Shown here one piece after another: positions 19,016-28,657 of a stretch of DNA of 64,000 nucleotides. Under the pieces are notes generated by a model. That model was not told where the DNA came from, did no database searches, and saw only the letters and a program-made list of their open reading frames with translations. A program made the translations under genes and the position numbers. Where the stretch lies: the NCBI GenBank assembly GCA_964632175.1, contig CAZWBJ010000003.1, positions 5,513-69,512 of the forward strand, in the 5' to 3' direction. The DNA comes from Candidatus Hadarchaeota archaeon (GTDB lineage Archaea > Hadarchaeota > Hadarchaeia > Hadarchaeales > JAWBSP01). Positions within the stretch are counted from its first letter, which is position 1; every line of letters begins with the position of its first letter.

Positions 19016-19666
19016 GTGATGGTTGACTTGAAGGCGCGGGCCGTGACGGCGGTGAAATCGCTGGAACTTGCCAAATCCAAGGTGGGACGCGTCCTGAAGC
19101 CGGAGGAGAGGAAGGCACTGGTGCTGTGCATGCTTGAGGATGTCTTGAGGGCGCTGAAGCATGCAGGAATTCCGACGCTGGTGGTGAGCCCGGACGAGGA
19201 AGTGCTCCGGTTTGCCGTCCAGTTTGGGTGTGGGATTGTGAGAGACATAGGTGGGGGGGTGAATTTGGCTTTTGAGCTCGGGAGGGAGGAAGCGGCTCGC
19301 TTGGGATCAGACTCAGTGCTCCTTCTCCCGGCAGACCTTCCCCTTCTGAGGGCATGGGAGGTGGAAAAGCTCTTGGAGATGGGCGAGGGGGAGAGGTTTG
19401 TGGTCCTTTCACCGACCCAGAGAGGAGGAACAGGAGCCCTTTACCTCCACCCTCCCACGGTCATACCCCTCCGTTTCGGGGGAGAGAGCTTCAGCTCCCA
19501 CTTTGCGGAGGCGCTCAGGGCCGGACTCAAGCCCAAGGTTTTCCGCTCCGCGGGGACCTTTTTGGATCTAGACGAGCCAGAGGACATCCCGAAGATTCTC
19601 TCCTTGGGGGATGGTACCAGAACAAAGGAGTTCCTAGTTGAGCTGAGCCCGAGAGGTGAGTCGTGA
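19016..19666 (+). CDS. cofC: 2-phospho-L-lactate guanylyltransferase CofC
   Basis: 216 aa MobA-like NTP-transferase. CofC-like N-terminus (AVTAVKSLELAKSKVGRVL...EERKALVLCMLEDVL). Confidence 0.75.
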   Translation: MMVDLKARAVTAVKSLELAKSKVGRVLKPEERKALVLCMLEDVLRALKHAGIPTLVVSPDEEVLRFAVQFGCGIVRDIGGGVNLAFELGREEAARLGSDSVLLLPADLPLLRAWEVEKLLEMGEGERFVVLSPTQRGGTGALYLHPPTVIPLRFGGESFSSHFAEALRAGLKPKVFRSAGTFLDLDEPEDIPKILSLGDGTRTKEFLVELSPRGES

Positions 19667-19828
19667 CTAACTCCCGGGAGGAGTAAATCGGCCCGATGGT
19701 TTCCCACGGGTCACGGAGCTGCAGTAATCATTCTTCCATAAATGGCACGTCAGGTCGCCCATCACTTGTCATATTCTCCAGACTAAGGCGCTCATCATCC
19801 GTGCCAACTAAAATTTACGGCGGGAGAT

Positions 19829-21529
19829 TTACCTCTTTCGGAGCAAAAGCCTAACAACGGCGAGCATCCCGGTGGTTAGGAGCACGAGGATGGGAACCCA
19901 GCGAGGAAGTAGCTTCTGTCGTAGTTCCGCCTTTTTCCCCAGCTTCGACAAAATTTGGTAGGAGCACCAGAGGGAGCGGAGGGCGGATTCCACCGAGCCT
20001 TGGTTGCTGGCGAGTTCGTAAAAGCTCCGTGCTTCCATTAGGGTGGGATTCTCCGGTTTGGCAAGTTGCTCGGCCATTCGGAGGGAGAGGTTGCAGGCCT
20101 GTAGCAGCAGCGGCAGGATCTCTTGATCCTTTAGTTGGGAGACGCTCGCTAGCTCCTCCATGGTGGGCGTTGGTCCAAAATAGCTGATGGAAACGGTGGA
20201 ATTGGAGGAACTCAATCCCCTGACGCCCCTCAGCAACCTAACGGGATCTGAGGTGAATAAATAGTCCCCCCAGTTCTCGGCCCAGGTGGGGTCTGCAGGC
20301 TGCCACCCAAAGCTTGGCGTATAGAATTCCACCCAGGCATGTCCCCCTGAGCCGCTCTCCTTGAGGACCCAGCCCAAGCAGAGCCTTGCTGGAAGACCGC
20401 TGGCCCTTGCGAGTGTGATGGTTAAGTCGCTGTACCCATCGCAGTCCCCCGTCCCCCTGCGAAGGGTTTGGAGGGCCCCCTGCCTGAATTCGGTTTCTCT
20501 GTACTCCAGCATGTTGCCCACTCCACGGACGATCTTCTCGGCCAAGTGGTAGATGTTCGTTTCGCCCGCCGCCAGCAGGCTTGCTATCTGCTGGATGTAT
20601 GGGTTATCCACCTCCCACCACTCGTCCCCTTTCAGATAGGGATCCAGTGCAGGCCCCACCTCCGCGAGCCTTCCGGAGTTTTCGGGACCCACCCCGGGAG
20701 AGTGGATGTCGCAGATCCAGAGGAGTTCCAGCCTGATGTTCTCTGTGGCACCGGATCTGAGTCTCAGTTTGAAGCAGGCGTGCCAGTTGTTCTCCTCATC
20801 CACGTAGATGGACTCTATCGGGTGGGAGGAGGAATAGAGGGCCGCGAACTGTGATTGGGAGAGATTAAAAAGGAGGATATCTAGGAGCACTGTGCTGTCC
20901 TCCCCTCCTTTGTTGGCTAGGGTCTCCACCAAGGAAACTCTGTACGAGATGGGGGTGCGGTAGAAGACGGCCAGCAGCCCTTCAAAACTCTCCCCCGCCC
21001 TCAGGCTCGTTCGCAGGCGGACGTTTTCCCCCTGAACCTCAGCTGAGGGGCTAGTGAGGAAGAGCCTAGTGCCCGGAGGACCCACCACACGAACCTCATA
21101 GCTTCTCACCTCCCTTTCCCCGGCCTGGAAGGCTCCGAACCTTCCCCTGAATTCGGAATCCACGCCGTGCACCATCCCCTCTCCCCTGTACTCCAGCCAG
21201 AAGCTGAGCGATTGCCCCCCGTAAACGGGGGATCTGAAAGAGATACTCATGGTGGTTTGATTCTCCCTCTTCTCCGTGGAAACCGATAAACTTCCCCGCT
21301 CGTCCCAGGCCCTCACTTCTGTGACCGCGTAGGGCACCGTCCAGCTTATGCCGGTGAGGGATTGGCCTATCTCTGGATTAACCACCTCAAAGCCCACCTG
21401 AACCGTCGCCGTTTTATCAGAGTTGAGCCGATACTCCTGAGCGATCGAATTGTAGTAGAACCCCCTGCCCTCCGCGAAGGGAAGAAAAAGGAGGACGACC
21501 AAGCATGTTGCGGGAAGCCAAGCGCGCAC
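19829..21529 (-). CDS. Transglutaminase-like cysteine protease family protein, exported / membrane-anchored
   Basis: N-terminal signal peptide and C-terminal TM helix. Catalytic core GTGDCDGYS ... GGHAWVEFY ... D (Cys-His-Asp). Confidence 0.75.
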   Translation of the reverse strand: MRAWLPATCLVVLLFLPFAEGRGFYYNSIAQEYRLNSDKTATVQVGFEVVNPEIGQSLTGISWTVPYAVTEVRAWDERGSLSVSTEKRENQTTMSISFRSPVYGGQSLSFWLEYRGEGMVHGVDSEFRGRFGAFQAGEREVRSYEVRVVGPPGTRLFLTSPSAEVQGENVRLRTSLRAGESFEGLLAVFYRTPISYRVSLVETLANKGGEDSTVLLDILLFNLSQSQFAALYSSSHPIESIYVDEENNWHACFKLRLRSGATENIRLELLWICDIHSPGVGPENSGRLAEVGPALDPYLKGDEWWEVDNPYIQQIASLLAAGETNIYHLAEKIVRGVGNMLEYRETEFRQGALQTLRRGTGDCDGYSDLTITLARASGLPARLCLGWVLKESGSGGHAWVEFYTPSFGWQPADPTWAENWGDYLFTSDPVRLLRGVRGLSSSNSTVSISYFGPTPTMEELASVSQLKDQEILPLLLQACNLSLRMAEQLAKPENPTLMEARSFYELASNQGSVESALRSLWCSYQILSKLGKKAELRQKLLPRWVPILVLLTTGMLAVVRLLLRKR

Positions 21530-22608
21530 TAAAGACTGGATTAGTAAAGATATTTGTGAGGGTTCTGCTGGTGGAGAGGCGCTCCCCAGGCCAGCCTTCT
21601 AGGATGGATGAGCTCCGCGCCCTATGCAGGACGCTAGGGTACGAGATCGCCGGGGAGGTGGAGCAGGTGAGGGAACCCGACCCGGCTTACCAAGTGGGAG
21701 AGGGAAAAGCGAGGGAGGTAGCGGCGAAGGTGAAGGAGCTTGGGGTTCAGAAGGTGATCTTCGGCAACCCCCTGACCCCCTCCCAGGCCTTCAGGTTGTC
21801 GGAGCTTTTCAAGGTGGAGGTGGTGGACAGGTTTCAGCTCATTTTGGACATCTTTGCCATGAGAGCTGGAACGCCCGAGGCGAAACTGCAGGTGGAGTAC
21901 GCTAGGCTGAGGTACGAACTCCCTAGGGCGAGGGAGAGGGTGAGGAGGGTACTCTCCGTCGAGCAACCGGGCAGGATGGGGCGGGGGGAGTATGAGGTCA
22001 ACATATACTATGACACCATCAAGCGCAGGCTGGCCCTCCTCAGGAGGAAGCTGGCTTCCGTTTCCAAGGGCAGGGAGCAGAGGAGGAAGCTGAGGAGAAG
22101 GAGGGGATTCAAACTGGTTGCCCTCGCGGGATACACCAACGCGGGGAAGTCCACCCTCCTGAACGCCCTGACCCGTGCGGAGGTGGAGGTGGATGACATG
22201 ATGTTCACCACCCTCACGACGCGGACGAGGATGGCCGTGGGCAGCCCGGATCTCCTTTTTACCGATACGGTGGGGTTCATTGAGGATCTCCCTCCCTGGA
22301 TGGTGGAGGCCTTCAAGGCCACGCTGGAGGAAATCTACTTGGCGGACCTAGTGGTGCTGGTCTTGGACTCTTCCGACCCCCTACCGGAGCTCTGCAGGAA
22401 GGCCAAGAGCTGCTTGGATATCCTCTCGCAGTATGGCACAAAAATCCTGATCGCCCTAAACAAGACAGACCTCCTGACCCCCGAGGAACTGCAGTCTAGG
22501 ATTGATTTCCTCAACCACTGTCCTTATTCCTTCGTGCCCATCTCCGCAAGGTATGGGGTAGGTCTCAAGGCCCTGCTTGAGACCATCAGACAGAAATTAG
22601 TTTCCTAA
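21505..22608 (+). CDS. hflX: GTPase HflX
   Basis: HflX N-domain followed by a G-domain (ALAGYTNAGKSTLLNALT, DTVGFI, NKTD). The start may be GTG 21556 rather than ATG 21505. Confidence 0.85.
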   Translation: MLREAKRALKTGLVKIFVRVLLVERRSPGQPSRMDELRALCRTLGYEIAGEVEQVREPDPAYQVGEGKAREVAAKVKELGVQKVIFGNPLTPSQAFRLSELFKVEVVDRFQLILDIFAMRAGTPEAKLQVEYARLRYELPRARERVRRVLSVEQPGRMGRGEYEVNIYYDTIKRRLALLRRKLASVSKGREQRRKLRRRRGFKLVALAGYTNAGKSTLLNALTRAEVEVDDMMFTTLTTRTRMAVGSPDLLFTDTVGFIEDLPPWMVEAFKATLEEIYLADLVVLVLDSSDPLPELCRKAKSCLDILSQYGTKILIALNKTDLLTPEELQSRIDFLNHCPYSFVPISARYGVGLKALLETIRQKLVS

Positions 22609-22696
22609 ACTTGTTTAAAAATTTTAACTGGAAGCGAAGCGGTGGGTGGGAAATCTTCAAAAAAGAGGCAAAAGAAAGCCTTTTAGGAAGTTATCT

Positions 22697-22711
22697 TCAT
22701 AAATTATTCGA
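22697..22711 (+). promoter_or_regulatory. Putative TATA box for tfe
   Basis: AT-rich TTCATAAATTATTCG lies about 20-30 nt upstream of the TTG start at 22729. A second stronger AT box (TTTAAAAATTTTA) lies at 22614-22626. Confidence 0.3.
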
Positions 22712-22728
22712 GTATTCGGGGTGACCGT

Positions 22729-23283
22729 TTGAAGAAGGCAAAAACCAGAAAGAAGAGCCCGAGGAAAACGCCTCCAGTTAGCAATACGGAGGTGAAGGAG
22801 TTGATAGATGCGGTTTGTGGCGATCACGGGCATCTCATCATCTCCGCTCTGATGGAGAGGGAACTCACAGATGAGGGCCTCGCCAGGGCCACGGGGCTGA
22901 AGGTGAATGTGGTGAGGAGGATCCTCTACGATCTTTACGAGAGGAGGCTGGTGAACTACAGGAGGACGAGGGACGACGGGACGGGCTGGTATGTGTACCA
23001 CTGGTACGTGGAACCGAAAAGGGCGATGGAGGGCCTGGAAATTCACCGAAGGCAGATGCTCGAAAAACTCAGGGAGAGGCTTGAGTATGAGAAGAACACC
23101 CTCTTCTTCAGGTGCAGTAACAACTGTCCGAAGGTATCCATGGACGTGGCCATGGAGCTCAACTTCACTTGCCCCACCTGCGGGGAGAGGCTGGAGCACT
23201 ACGACAACACTCCGGTGGTCAAGAGTCTCGAGGAGAGAATCAGGGTGCTGGAAGGGTTCCGCAATACGAGCATTGCTTCGTGA
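22729..23283 (+). CDS. tfe: Transcription factor E (TFIIE alpha homolog)
   Basis: Winged helix (ARATGLKVNVVRRILYDLYERRLV) plus a zinc ribbon (CSNNCP...CPTCG). TTG start. Confidence 0.75.
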   Translation: MKKAKTRKKSPRKTPPVSNTEVKELIDAVCGDHGHLIISALMERELTDEGLARATGLKVNVVRRILYDLYERRLVNYRRTRDDGTGWYVYHWYVEPKRAMEGLEIHRRQMLEKLRERLEYEKNTLFFRCSNNCPKVSMDVAMELNFTCPTCGERLEHYDNTPVVKSLEERIRVLEGFRNTSIAS

Positions 23284-23785
23284 AGAGGCTCTGGAACTCC
23301 TGAGAAGGGCCGGCTGTTCCCAGGAGGTGATTGAGCACTGCTTGGCAGTGGAGAGAGTGGCAACAAAACTCGCGGAGGAAATTTCCAGGTCCAGGGAGGT
23401 CAAACTGGAGGAGGTGCGAATCGGCAGTCTCCTCCACGACGTGGGCAGGGCGAGAACTCACGGGATCCACCACGGGGTGGAGGGAGGGAAAATCCTCAGG
23501 CAGATGGGGGCGGGGGAGTTTGCCCGCTTCGCCGAAAATCATCTCGGAGCTGGGATACCCGCCGGGGAAGCGGAAAGGCTGGGACTGCCCAAAAGGGATT
23601 TCCTACCCTCCACGCTCGAAGAGAAGATCGTGACCTACGCGGACAAACTCGTGATGGGGAGGGAGGTCGTTCCTTTTGAGAGGGTTTTGGACGCTTTCAG
23701 GGCCGAGCTCGGCGAGGGACATCCGGCGCTTGAAAGACTGAAAAGGTTGCACGAGGAGATGGAAGCCCTGCTGAAAGGATTTTAG
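23273..23785 (+). CDS. HD-domain (HDIG-type) protein
   Basis: HD motif at LLHDVGR, followed by HH and D residues. There is no ATG, so a TTG start at 23273 overlapping the tfe end is assumed and the start is uncertain. Confidence 0.6.
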   Translation: MLREEALELLRRAGCSQEVIEHCLAVERVATKLAEEISRSREVKLEEVRIGSLLHDVGRARTHGIHHGVEGGKILRQMGAGEFARFAENHLGAGIPAGEAERLGLPKRDFLPSTLEEKIVTYADKLVMGREVVPFERVLDAFRAELGEGHPALERLKRLHEEMEALLKGF

Positions 23786-23804
23786 GGAAGGCAACCATTC
23801 CGAG

Positions 23805-24530
23805 ATGGCGAAGATGGGCGGAAGCAGGCACCTGAAGAGGCTGGCCATGCCCAGAGCGCTCCAGCTCCCCAAAAAGGGGAAGACCTGGGTGGTCAAAGCG
23901 ATGCCCGGCCCCCACCCCCTCGGCCGATCCATCCCTTTGGCTGTCATCCTTAGGGATTATCTGAAGGTAGCCGGCTCGCTCTGGGAGGCTTCAAAAATCT
24001 TGGCGAGGGGGGGAGTGCTGGTGGATGGTCGCCCGGTGAGGGAGGCGAAATTTGCCGTGGGTCTGATGGACGTGGTTTCACTACCCGCGGTCGGACAGCA
24101 CTTTAGGATTCTCCTCAACCAGCTTGGCAAACTCGTGCCCCACCCCGTGGAGGCGCAGGAGGTCTCCTTCAAGCTTTGCAGGGTGGAGAGGAAAAAATCG
24201 ATCGCTGGGGGAAAGGTTCAGGTGGGTTTGCACGATGGTAGAACTCTCCTCCTCAAGGAACCTCACGAGCTTCGCCCTAGGGATGTGGTAAAGCTCTCTC
24301 TCCCCCACCAGGAGGTGCTGCAGGTGGTTCCCTTCAGGGAGGGTTCCCTAGCCCTTATAACGGGAGGGAAGAATGTTGGCAAGGTAGGAAAGATAGTGAA
24401 AATCTTGGAGCTGAGGAGCATTCAGCCCAACACGGCGGTTCTGGAGGGAAGGGGCGGCGAAAGGCTGGAGACCATCGTGTCCAATATCTTCGTGATCGGG
24501 GAGGAGGCACCCCTCATTTCTCTCCCATGA
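23805..24530 (+). CDS. rps4e: 30S ribosomal protein S4e
   Basis: MAKMGGSRHLKRLAMP... is the canonical S4e N-terminus. Confidence 0.9.
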   Translation: MAKMGGSRHLKRLAMPRALQLPKKGKTWVVKAMPGPHPLGRSIPLAVILRDYLKVAGSLWEASKILARGGVLVDGRPVREAKFAVGLMDVVSLPAVGQHFRILLNQLGKLVPHPVEAQEVSFKLCRVERKKSIAGGKVQVGLHDGRTLLLKEPHELRPRDVVKLSLPHQEVLQVVPFREGSLALITGGKNVGKVGKIVKILELRSIQPNTAVLEGRGGERLETIVSNIFVIGEEAPLISLP

Positions 24531-25033
24531 ACCCAATGCGCGAAGTGATGCTGGACAAGGTGGTGCTCAACCTCGGAGTTGGGGAGGGAGGGGAGAAACT
24601 TGAGAAGGCCGAGAAGGTTCTGACACAGGTTTCCGGCATGAAACCTAAGCGCACCCTGGCCAAGAAAACCATTAGGGAGTGGAAGATACGCAAGGGGGAG
24701 CCCATAGGGTGCATGGTCACGGCGAGGGGCGAGAAGGGCATGGAACTCCTGAGGCGTTTGCTCAAGGGGGTGGACAACAGGCTCAGGGAGTCTTCCTTCG
24801 ACCGCTACGGTAATTTCTCTTTCGGGATCAGGGAGCACATCGACATCCCCGGAGTCAAGTACGATCCGGATTTGGGGGTTTTCGGGATGGATGTTTGCGT
24901 TTCCCTGAAGAGAAGGGGCTACAGGATCATGTACAGGAGGAGGGGGCGAAGAAGGGTTCCCAAGGTGCACAGGATCACCAAAGAAGAGGCCATAGAGTGG
25001 GTTAAGAATAAGTTTGGAGTGCAAATAGCTTAA
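24527..25033 (+). CDS. rpl5: 50S ribosomal protein L5 (uL5)
   Basis: Conserved uL5 sequence. ATGA overlap with rps4e. Confidence 0.9.
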   Translation: MNPMREVMLDKVVLNLGVGEGGEKLEKAEKVLTQVSGMKPKRTLAKKTIREWKIRKGEPIGCMVTARGEKGMELLRRLLKGVDNRLRESSFDRYGNFSFGIREHIDIPGVKYDPDLGVFGMDVCVSLKRRGYRIMYRRRGRRRVPKVHRITKEEAIEWVKNKFGVQIA

Positions 25034-25179
25034 TGGTCAAGAAATTGTTTGGGAAGGGGAAGCATAGGTGCAGAAGGTGCGGCAGGGTGGGCCCGGTCTA
25101 CACGCAGTTCGATCTCTATCTATGCAGGAGGTGCTTCAGAGAAATGGCCCCCAAGATTGGATTCAAAAAATACAACTAA
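25033..25179 (+). CDS. rps14: 30S ribosomal protein S14 type Z (uS14)
   Basis: 48 aa, [48 protein letters not shown], with the C4 zinc-binding motif. It falls below the ORF-track length cutoff. TAATG overlap with rpl5. Confidence 0.8.
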   Translation: MVKKLFGKGKHRCRRCGRVGPVYTQFDLYLCRRCFREMAPKIGFKKYN

Positions 25180-25180
25180 G

Positions 25181-25570
25181 ATGGAGAACGACCCCTTGGC
25201 GAATGCCCTGTCAAAAATAAAGAATTACGAGAGAGCCAGAAAGAAGGAAGTGGAGGTGAGGCCTGCCTCCAAGCTTTTGGGGCAAATTTTGGAACTGATG
25301 GTCGGGGAGGGATACATAGGGGGATACGAGCGGGTGGAGGACGGAAGGGGCGGGATCTATAGGGTGAAGCTGCTGGGGAAGATAAACGATTGCGGGGTGA
25401 TAAAGCCCAGACACGCGGTGAAGCACTTGGAGTTCGAGAAGTGGGAGAAGAGGTACCTTCCCGCCTCCAATTTCGGAATGCTGGTAGTTTCGACCCCGAA
25501 GGGTGTCATGCACAACTGGAGGGCCAAGGAAGAGGGGCTGGGGGGGAGGTTGATTGCATACGTATGGTAA
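25181..25570 (+). CDS. rps8: 30S ribosomal protein S8 (uS8)
   Basis: [15 protein letters not shown]... is the canonical uS8 N-terminus. Confidence 0.9.
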   Translation: MENDPLANALSKIKNYERARKKEVEVRPASKLLGQILELMVGEGYIGGYERVEDGRGGIYRVKLLGKINDCGVIKPRHAVKHLEFEKWEKRYLPASNFGMLVVSTPKGVMHNWRAKEEGLGGRLIAYVW

Positions 25571-26091
25571 GGGAGGAGAGAATAGCAGTGCCGGAGGGGG
25601 TCGTGGCCTCGGTCGAGGGGAAAAGGGTGAAGGTGAGCGGGCCCAAGGGCACCGTTACCATGACCTTTGAGATCCCTTGGCTGGAGCTGACAGCGGAGGG
25701 CAAGGAAATCGTGGTGAGGGTCCCGCTTGAGAGGAGGAAGCACAAGGCCATGCTTGGGACCGTCCAGGCCCATCTGAGGAATGCCTTCAAGGGGGTGAAG
25801 GAGGGATGGTCGCAGAGACTGAGGATTGTCTATGCCCACTTCCCCATAAGCGTGAAGGTGGAGGCCGACAAAAAGAGGGTCCTGATCCTGAACTTCCTTG
25901 GCGAGAAAGCCCCACGGGTGGCGGAAATAGTCGGGGACGTGCAGGTGAGGGTAGAGGGAGACGAGGTGATAGTGGAGGGGGCGGACAAGTATGAGGTGGG
26001 GCAGACGGCTTGGAATATAGAGAAGGCCACCCGCATCAAGAGGAGGGATCCCAGAGTCTTCCAGGATGGGATCTACAGGGTAGGAGCTTGA
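25564..26091 (+). CDS. rpl6: 50S ribosomal protein L6 (uL6)
   Basis: Conserved uL6 sequence. Its start overlaps the rps8 stop. Confidence 0.9.
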   Translation: MVREERIAVPEGVVASVEGKRVKVSGPKGTVTMTFEIPWLELTAEGKEIVVRVPLERRKHKAMLGTVQAHLRNAFKGVKEGWSQRLRIVYAHFPISVKVEADKKRVLILNFLGEKAPRVAEIVGDVQVRVEGDEVIVEGADKYEVGQTAWNIEKATRIKRRDPRVFQDGIYRVGA

Positions 26092-26432
26092 AGCCCGCCA
26101 AGAGGAAGCTTCCGGAGTTCAGGAGGCAGGAGTGGTGGAGGCACAGGAGCCTAGAGCACGGATGGAGAAAGCCGAAGGGTCACGATAGCAAGATGCGGTT
26201 GGGAAAGAAAGGCAAGCCGCCGGTGGTGAAGGTGGGGTATAGGCAGCCCAAGGTGGTGCGCGGGCTCCACCCGTGCGGCCTGAGGGAAGTTCTGGTGAGA
26301 AATCTAAAGGATATGGAAGGAGTGGATCCCTCTAAGGAGGCGGTTCGCCTGTCCTCAAGCTTGGGGAGGAAAAAGAGGGAGCAGATCCTTGCCCTAGCCA
26401 AGGAAAGGGGAATAAAGGTGCTCAACCCATGA
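26088..26432 (+). CDS. rpl32e: 50S ribosomal protein L32e
   Basis: L32e sequence (KRKLPEFRRQEWWRH...). Start taken at TTG 26088 overlapping the rpl6 stop; an ATG at 26010 would be the alternative. Confidence 0.8.
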   Translation: MKPAKRKLPEFRRQEWWRHRSLEHGWRKPKGHDSKMRLGKKGKPPVVKVGYRQPKVVRGLHPCGLREVLVRNLKDMEGVDPSKEAVRLSSSLGRKKREQILALAKERGIKVLNP

Positions 26433-26851
26433 GGTTCCGGACCCAGCGCAGGCTGGCGGCCGAGATTCTAGGCGTGGGGGAAAACAGAATCTGGATGGAT
26501 CCCACTAGGGCGGACGAAATTTCAACGGCCATAAGGAGGGAGGACGTGAAAAAGCTCATAAAGAGAGGCATCATCCGCAGCAGGCCGAAGAAGGGCGTGT
26601 CGAGGGGGAGGGTGAGGGAGAGGGGGGTAAGAAGGAGGGGTCCGGGCAGCAGGGAGGGTGCGACCGAGTCCCAGAAGCTGAAGTGGATGAGGAGGGTCCG
26701 CGCCCTCAGGAAGACTCTCTCGAACTTGAGGGACAAAAGAGAGATAACTCCCGCCCAGTACAGGAAGCTGTACAAGATGGTCAAGGGTGGCTTCTTCAGG
26801 GATCGCGGGCACCTTCTGAGCTACCTGAAGGAGCAGGGGATGGTTAAATGA
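26429..26851 (+). CDS. rpl19e: 50S ribosomal protein L19e
   Basis: Conserved L19e N-terminus [26 protein letters not shown] overlap. Confidence 0.9.
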   Translation: MRFRTQRRLAAEILGVGENRIWMDPTRADEISTAIRREDVKKLIKRGIIRSRPKKGVSRGRVRERGVRRRGPGSREGATESQKLKWMRRVRALRKTLSNLRDKREITPAQYRKLYKMVKGGFFRDRGHLLSYLKEQGMVK

Positions 26852-27420
26852 AGTTCGGACCCCAGTACAGGGTCGCGTTCAGGAGGAGAAGGGAGGGGAA
26901 GACGGACTACAGGAAGAGGCTCAAGCTGCTTCTCTCCGGAAAACCTAGGCTGGTGGTGAGGCTGACCAACAGGAGGGTGATATGCCAAGTGATGGGTTTC
27001 GATGCCAGGGGAGACAGGACGCTTGCTTCGGCGGATTCCAAGGAACTCCAGAGGCTAGGGTGGAAGGGGGGGGCCAATACTTCTGCCGCGTACCTGGCGG
27101 GTTACCTTTGTGCTAAGAAGGCCCTGAAGGCGGGAGTGAAGGAGGCAGTGCTGGATATTGGGCTGCATACCCCCACCAAGGGGGGTAGGGTCTTTGCCGC
27201 CCTGAAGGGGGCGCTGGACGGTGGTTTGACCATCCCCCACAACCCAGAGGTCTTGCCTCCAGAGGAGAGGATCCGTGGCAAGCACGTGGAGGAATATGCC
27301 CGATCTCTCTCTCCCGAGCTTAGGGAGAAAAGGTTCTCCGAGCTCCTTGGACGTGGGCTCAATCCTGAGGAATTCTCCAAGCACTTTGAGGAATTTAAGA
27401 CAAAGCTGGAAAACCTCTGA
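26848..27420 (+). CDS. rpl18: 50S ribosomal protein L18 (uL18)
   Basis: Conserved uL18 sequence. ATGA overlap. Confidence 0.9.
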   Translation: MKFGPQYRVAFRRRREGKTDYRKRLKLLLSGKPRLVVRLTNRRVICQVMGFDARGDRTLASADSKELQRLGWKGGANTSAAYLAGYLCAKKALKAGVKEAVLDIGLHTPTKGGRVFAALKGALDGGLTIPHNPEVLPPEERIRGKHVEEYARSLSPELREKRFSELLGRGLNPEEFSKHFEEFKTKLENL

Positions 27421-28346
27421 TGAAAGCCCCCGGCCTAACCCCCACTCGTTTCATATGGATGGATGGTCAGCTGGTGGCTTGGGACAAGGCGAAGATCCAC
27501 GTTCTCACCCACACCCTTCACTACGGTTTTGGTGTCTTCGAGGGGATACGCTGCTACAAGACCGAAAGGGGTCCTGCGGTCCTGAGGCTGACGGATCACA
27601 TGCGCAGGCTCCACAACTCGGCCTCCTTGGTGGGAATGACTCTGCCTTACTCCGTCGAGGAGCTGGTGCAGGCCACCAAGGATCTAATAAGGGCGAACGA
27701 GCTGGAGGAATGCTACATCCGGCCCATCGCCTTCTACGGGTATGGAGTGATGGGCCTGAACCCCGCGGGAGCTCCCGTCCAAGTGGCCATCGCCGTTTGG
27801 CCTTGGGGAACTTACCTGGGCGAGAAGGGCCTGAAGGAGGGGGTCCGCGTGAAAATCTCGAAGTGGAGGAGGATAGACCCAAGCACCCTTCCGCCCCAGG
27901 CCAAGCTGGTTGCCAACTACGCCAACTCCATCCTGGCCAAGCTCGATGCCCTGAAGGACGGGTTTGAGGAATCCATCCTCCTCAACACGGAGGGCAAGGT
28001 GGCGGAGGGACCGGGGGAAAACCTCTTCGTGGTGAAGGGGGGTAGGCTCTACACCCCTCCCATCTCGGCGGGAGTCTTACCGGGGATTACCCGGGATTGC
28101 GTGATCAAAATTGCGGAAGATGAGGGCATTCCCTTCGAGGAGAAAAATCTAACGCCGGAGGAGCTGACACAGGCAGACGAGGTTTTCTTCACCGGGACGG
28201 CCGCCGAGATCACGCCCGTGAAGGAGATCGACGGGAAGAGGATAGGAACGGGGGAGTGGAAGATCACTAGGAGAATTCAGAAGATATACTTCGACGCGGT
28301 GAGGGGCAGGGTACAGAAGTACTCCGCCTGGCTCGAGCAGGTATGA
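27420..28346 (+). CDS. ilvE: Branched-chain amino acid aminotransferase
   Basis: 308 aa PLP fold-type IV enzyme (FGVFEGIRCY..., ERGPAVLRLTDHMRRL). Confidence 0.85.
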   Translation: MKAPGLTPTRFIWMDGQLVAWDKAKIHVLTHTLHYGFGVFEGIRCYKTERGPAVLRLTDHMRRLHNSASLVGMTLPYSVEELVQATKDLIRANELEECYIRPIAFYGYGVMGLNPAGAPVQVAIAVWPWGTYLGEKGLKEGVRVKISKWRRIDPSTLPPQAKLVANYANSILAKLDALKDGFEESILLNTEGKVAEGPGENLFVVKGGRLYTPPISAGVLPGITRDCVIKIAEDEGIPFEEKNLTPEELTQADEVFFTGTAAEITPVKEIDGKRIGTGEWKITRRIQKIYFDAVRGRVQKYSAWLEQV

Positions 28347-28624
28347 GCTTCGAGTGGCTCTTCCCCCTCGTGCTCCCCTTCCTTTTCGGGTTGCTCTTGG
28401 GACTGTTTGTAAAACAAGCCCTCAAGCTCGCCACGCTGCTGGTGGCCTTCCTCGCTTTGCTCGCGGTCGCGGGGGTTGCCACGGTGAGCCTTCCGGATCT
28501 GTGGAAAAAGGCATCCGAGAGCCTCCCTACTCTAGCCTCGTGGGCGCAGGGTATCATCGGTACTCTGCCCTACCAGATCGCCGCTTTCGCTTTCGGACTG
28601 GCACTGGGCGTCTGGAAGGGATAG
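28343..28624 (+). CDS. Small membrane protein
   Basis: 93 aa with 3 TM helices. Coupled to ilvE (ATGA). Confidence 0.4.
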   Translation: MSFEWLFPLVLPFLFGLLLGLFVKQALKLATLLVAFLALLAVAGVATVSLPDLWKKASESLPTLASWAQGIIGTLPYQIAAFAFGLALGVWKG

Positions 28625-28657
28625 GTTCGCGATTTCAGGTTCCAGGCGAATGAATGA

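Noticed and set aside
22657-23403. 248-aa minus-strand ORF antisense to tfe
   Set aside because: It overlaps tfe and the HD-domain gene, and has no recognisable domain.
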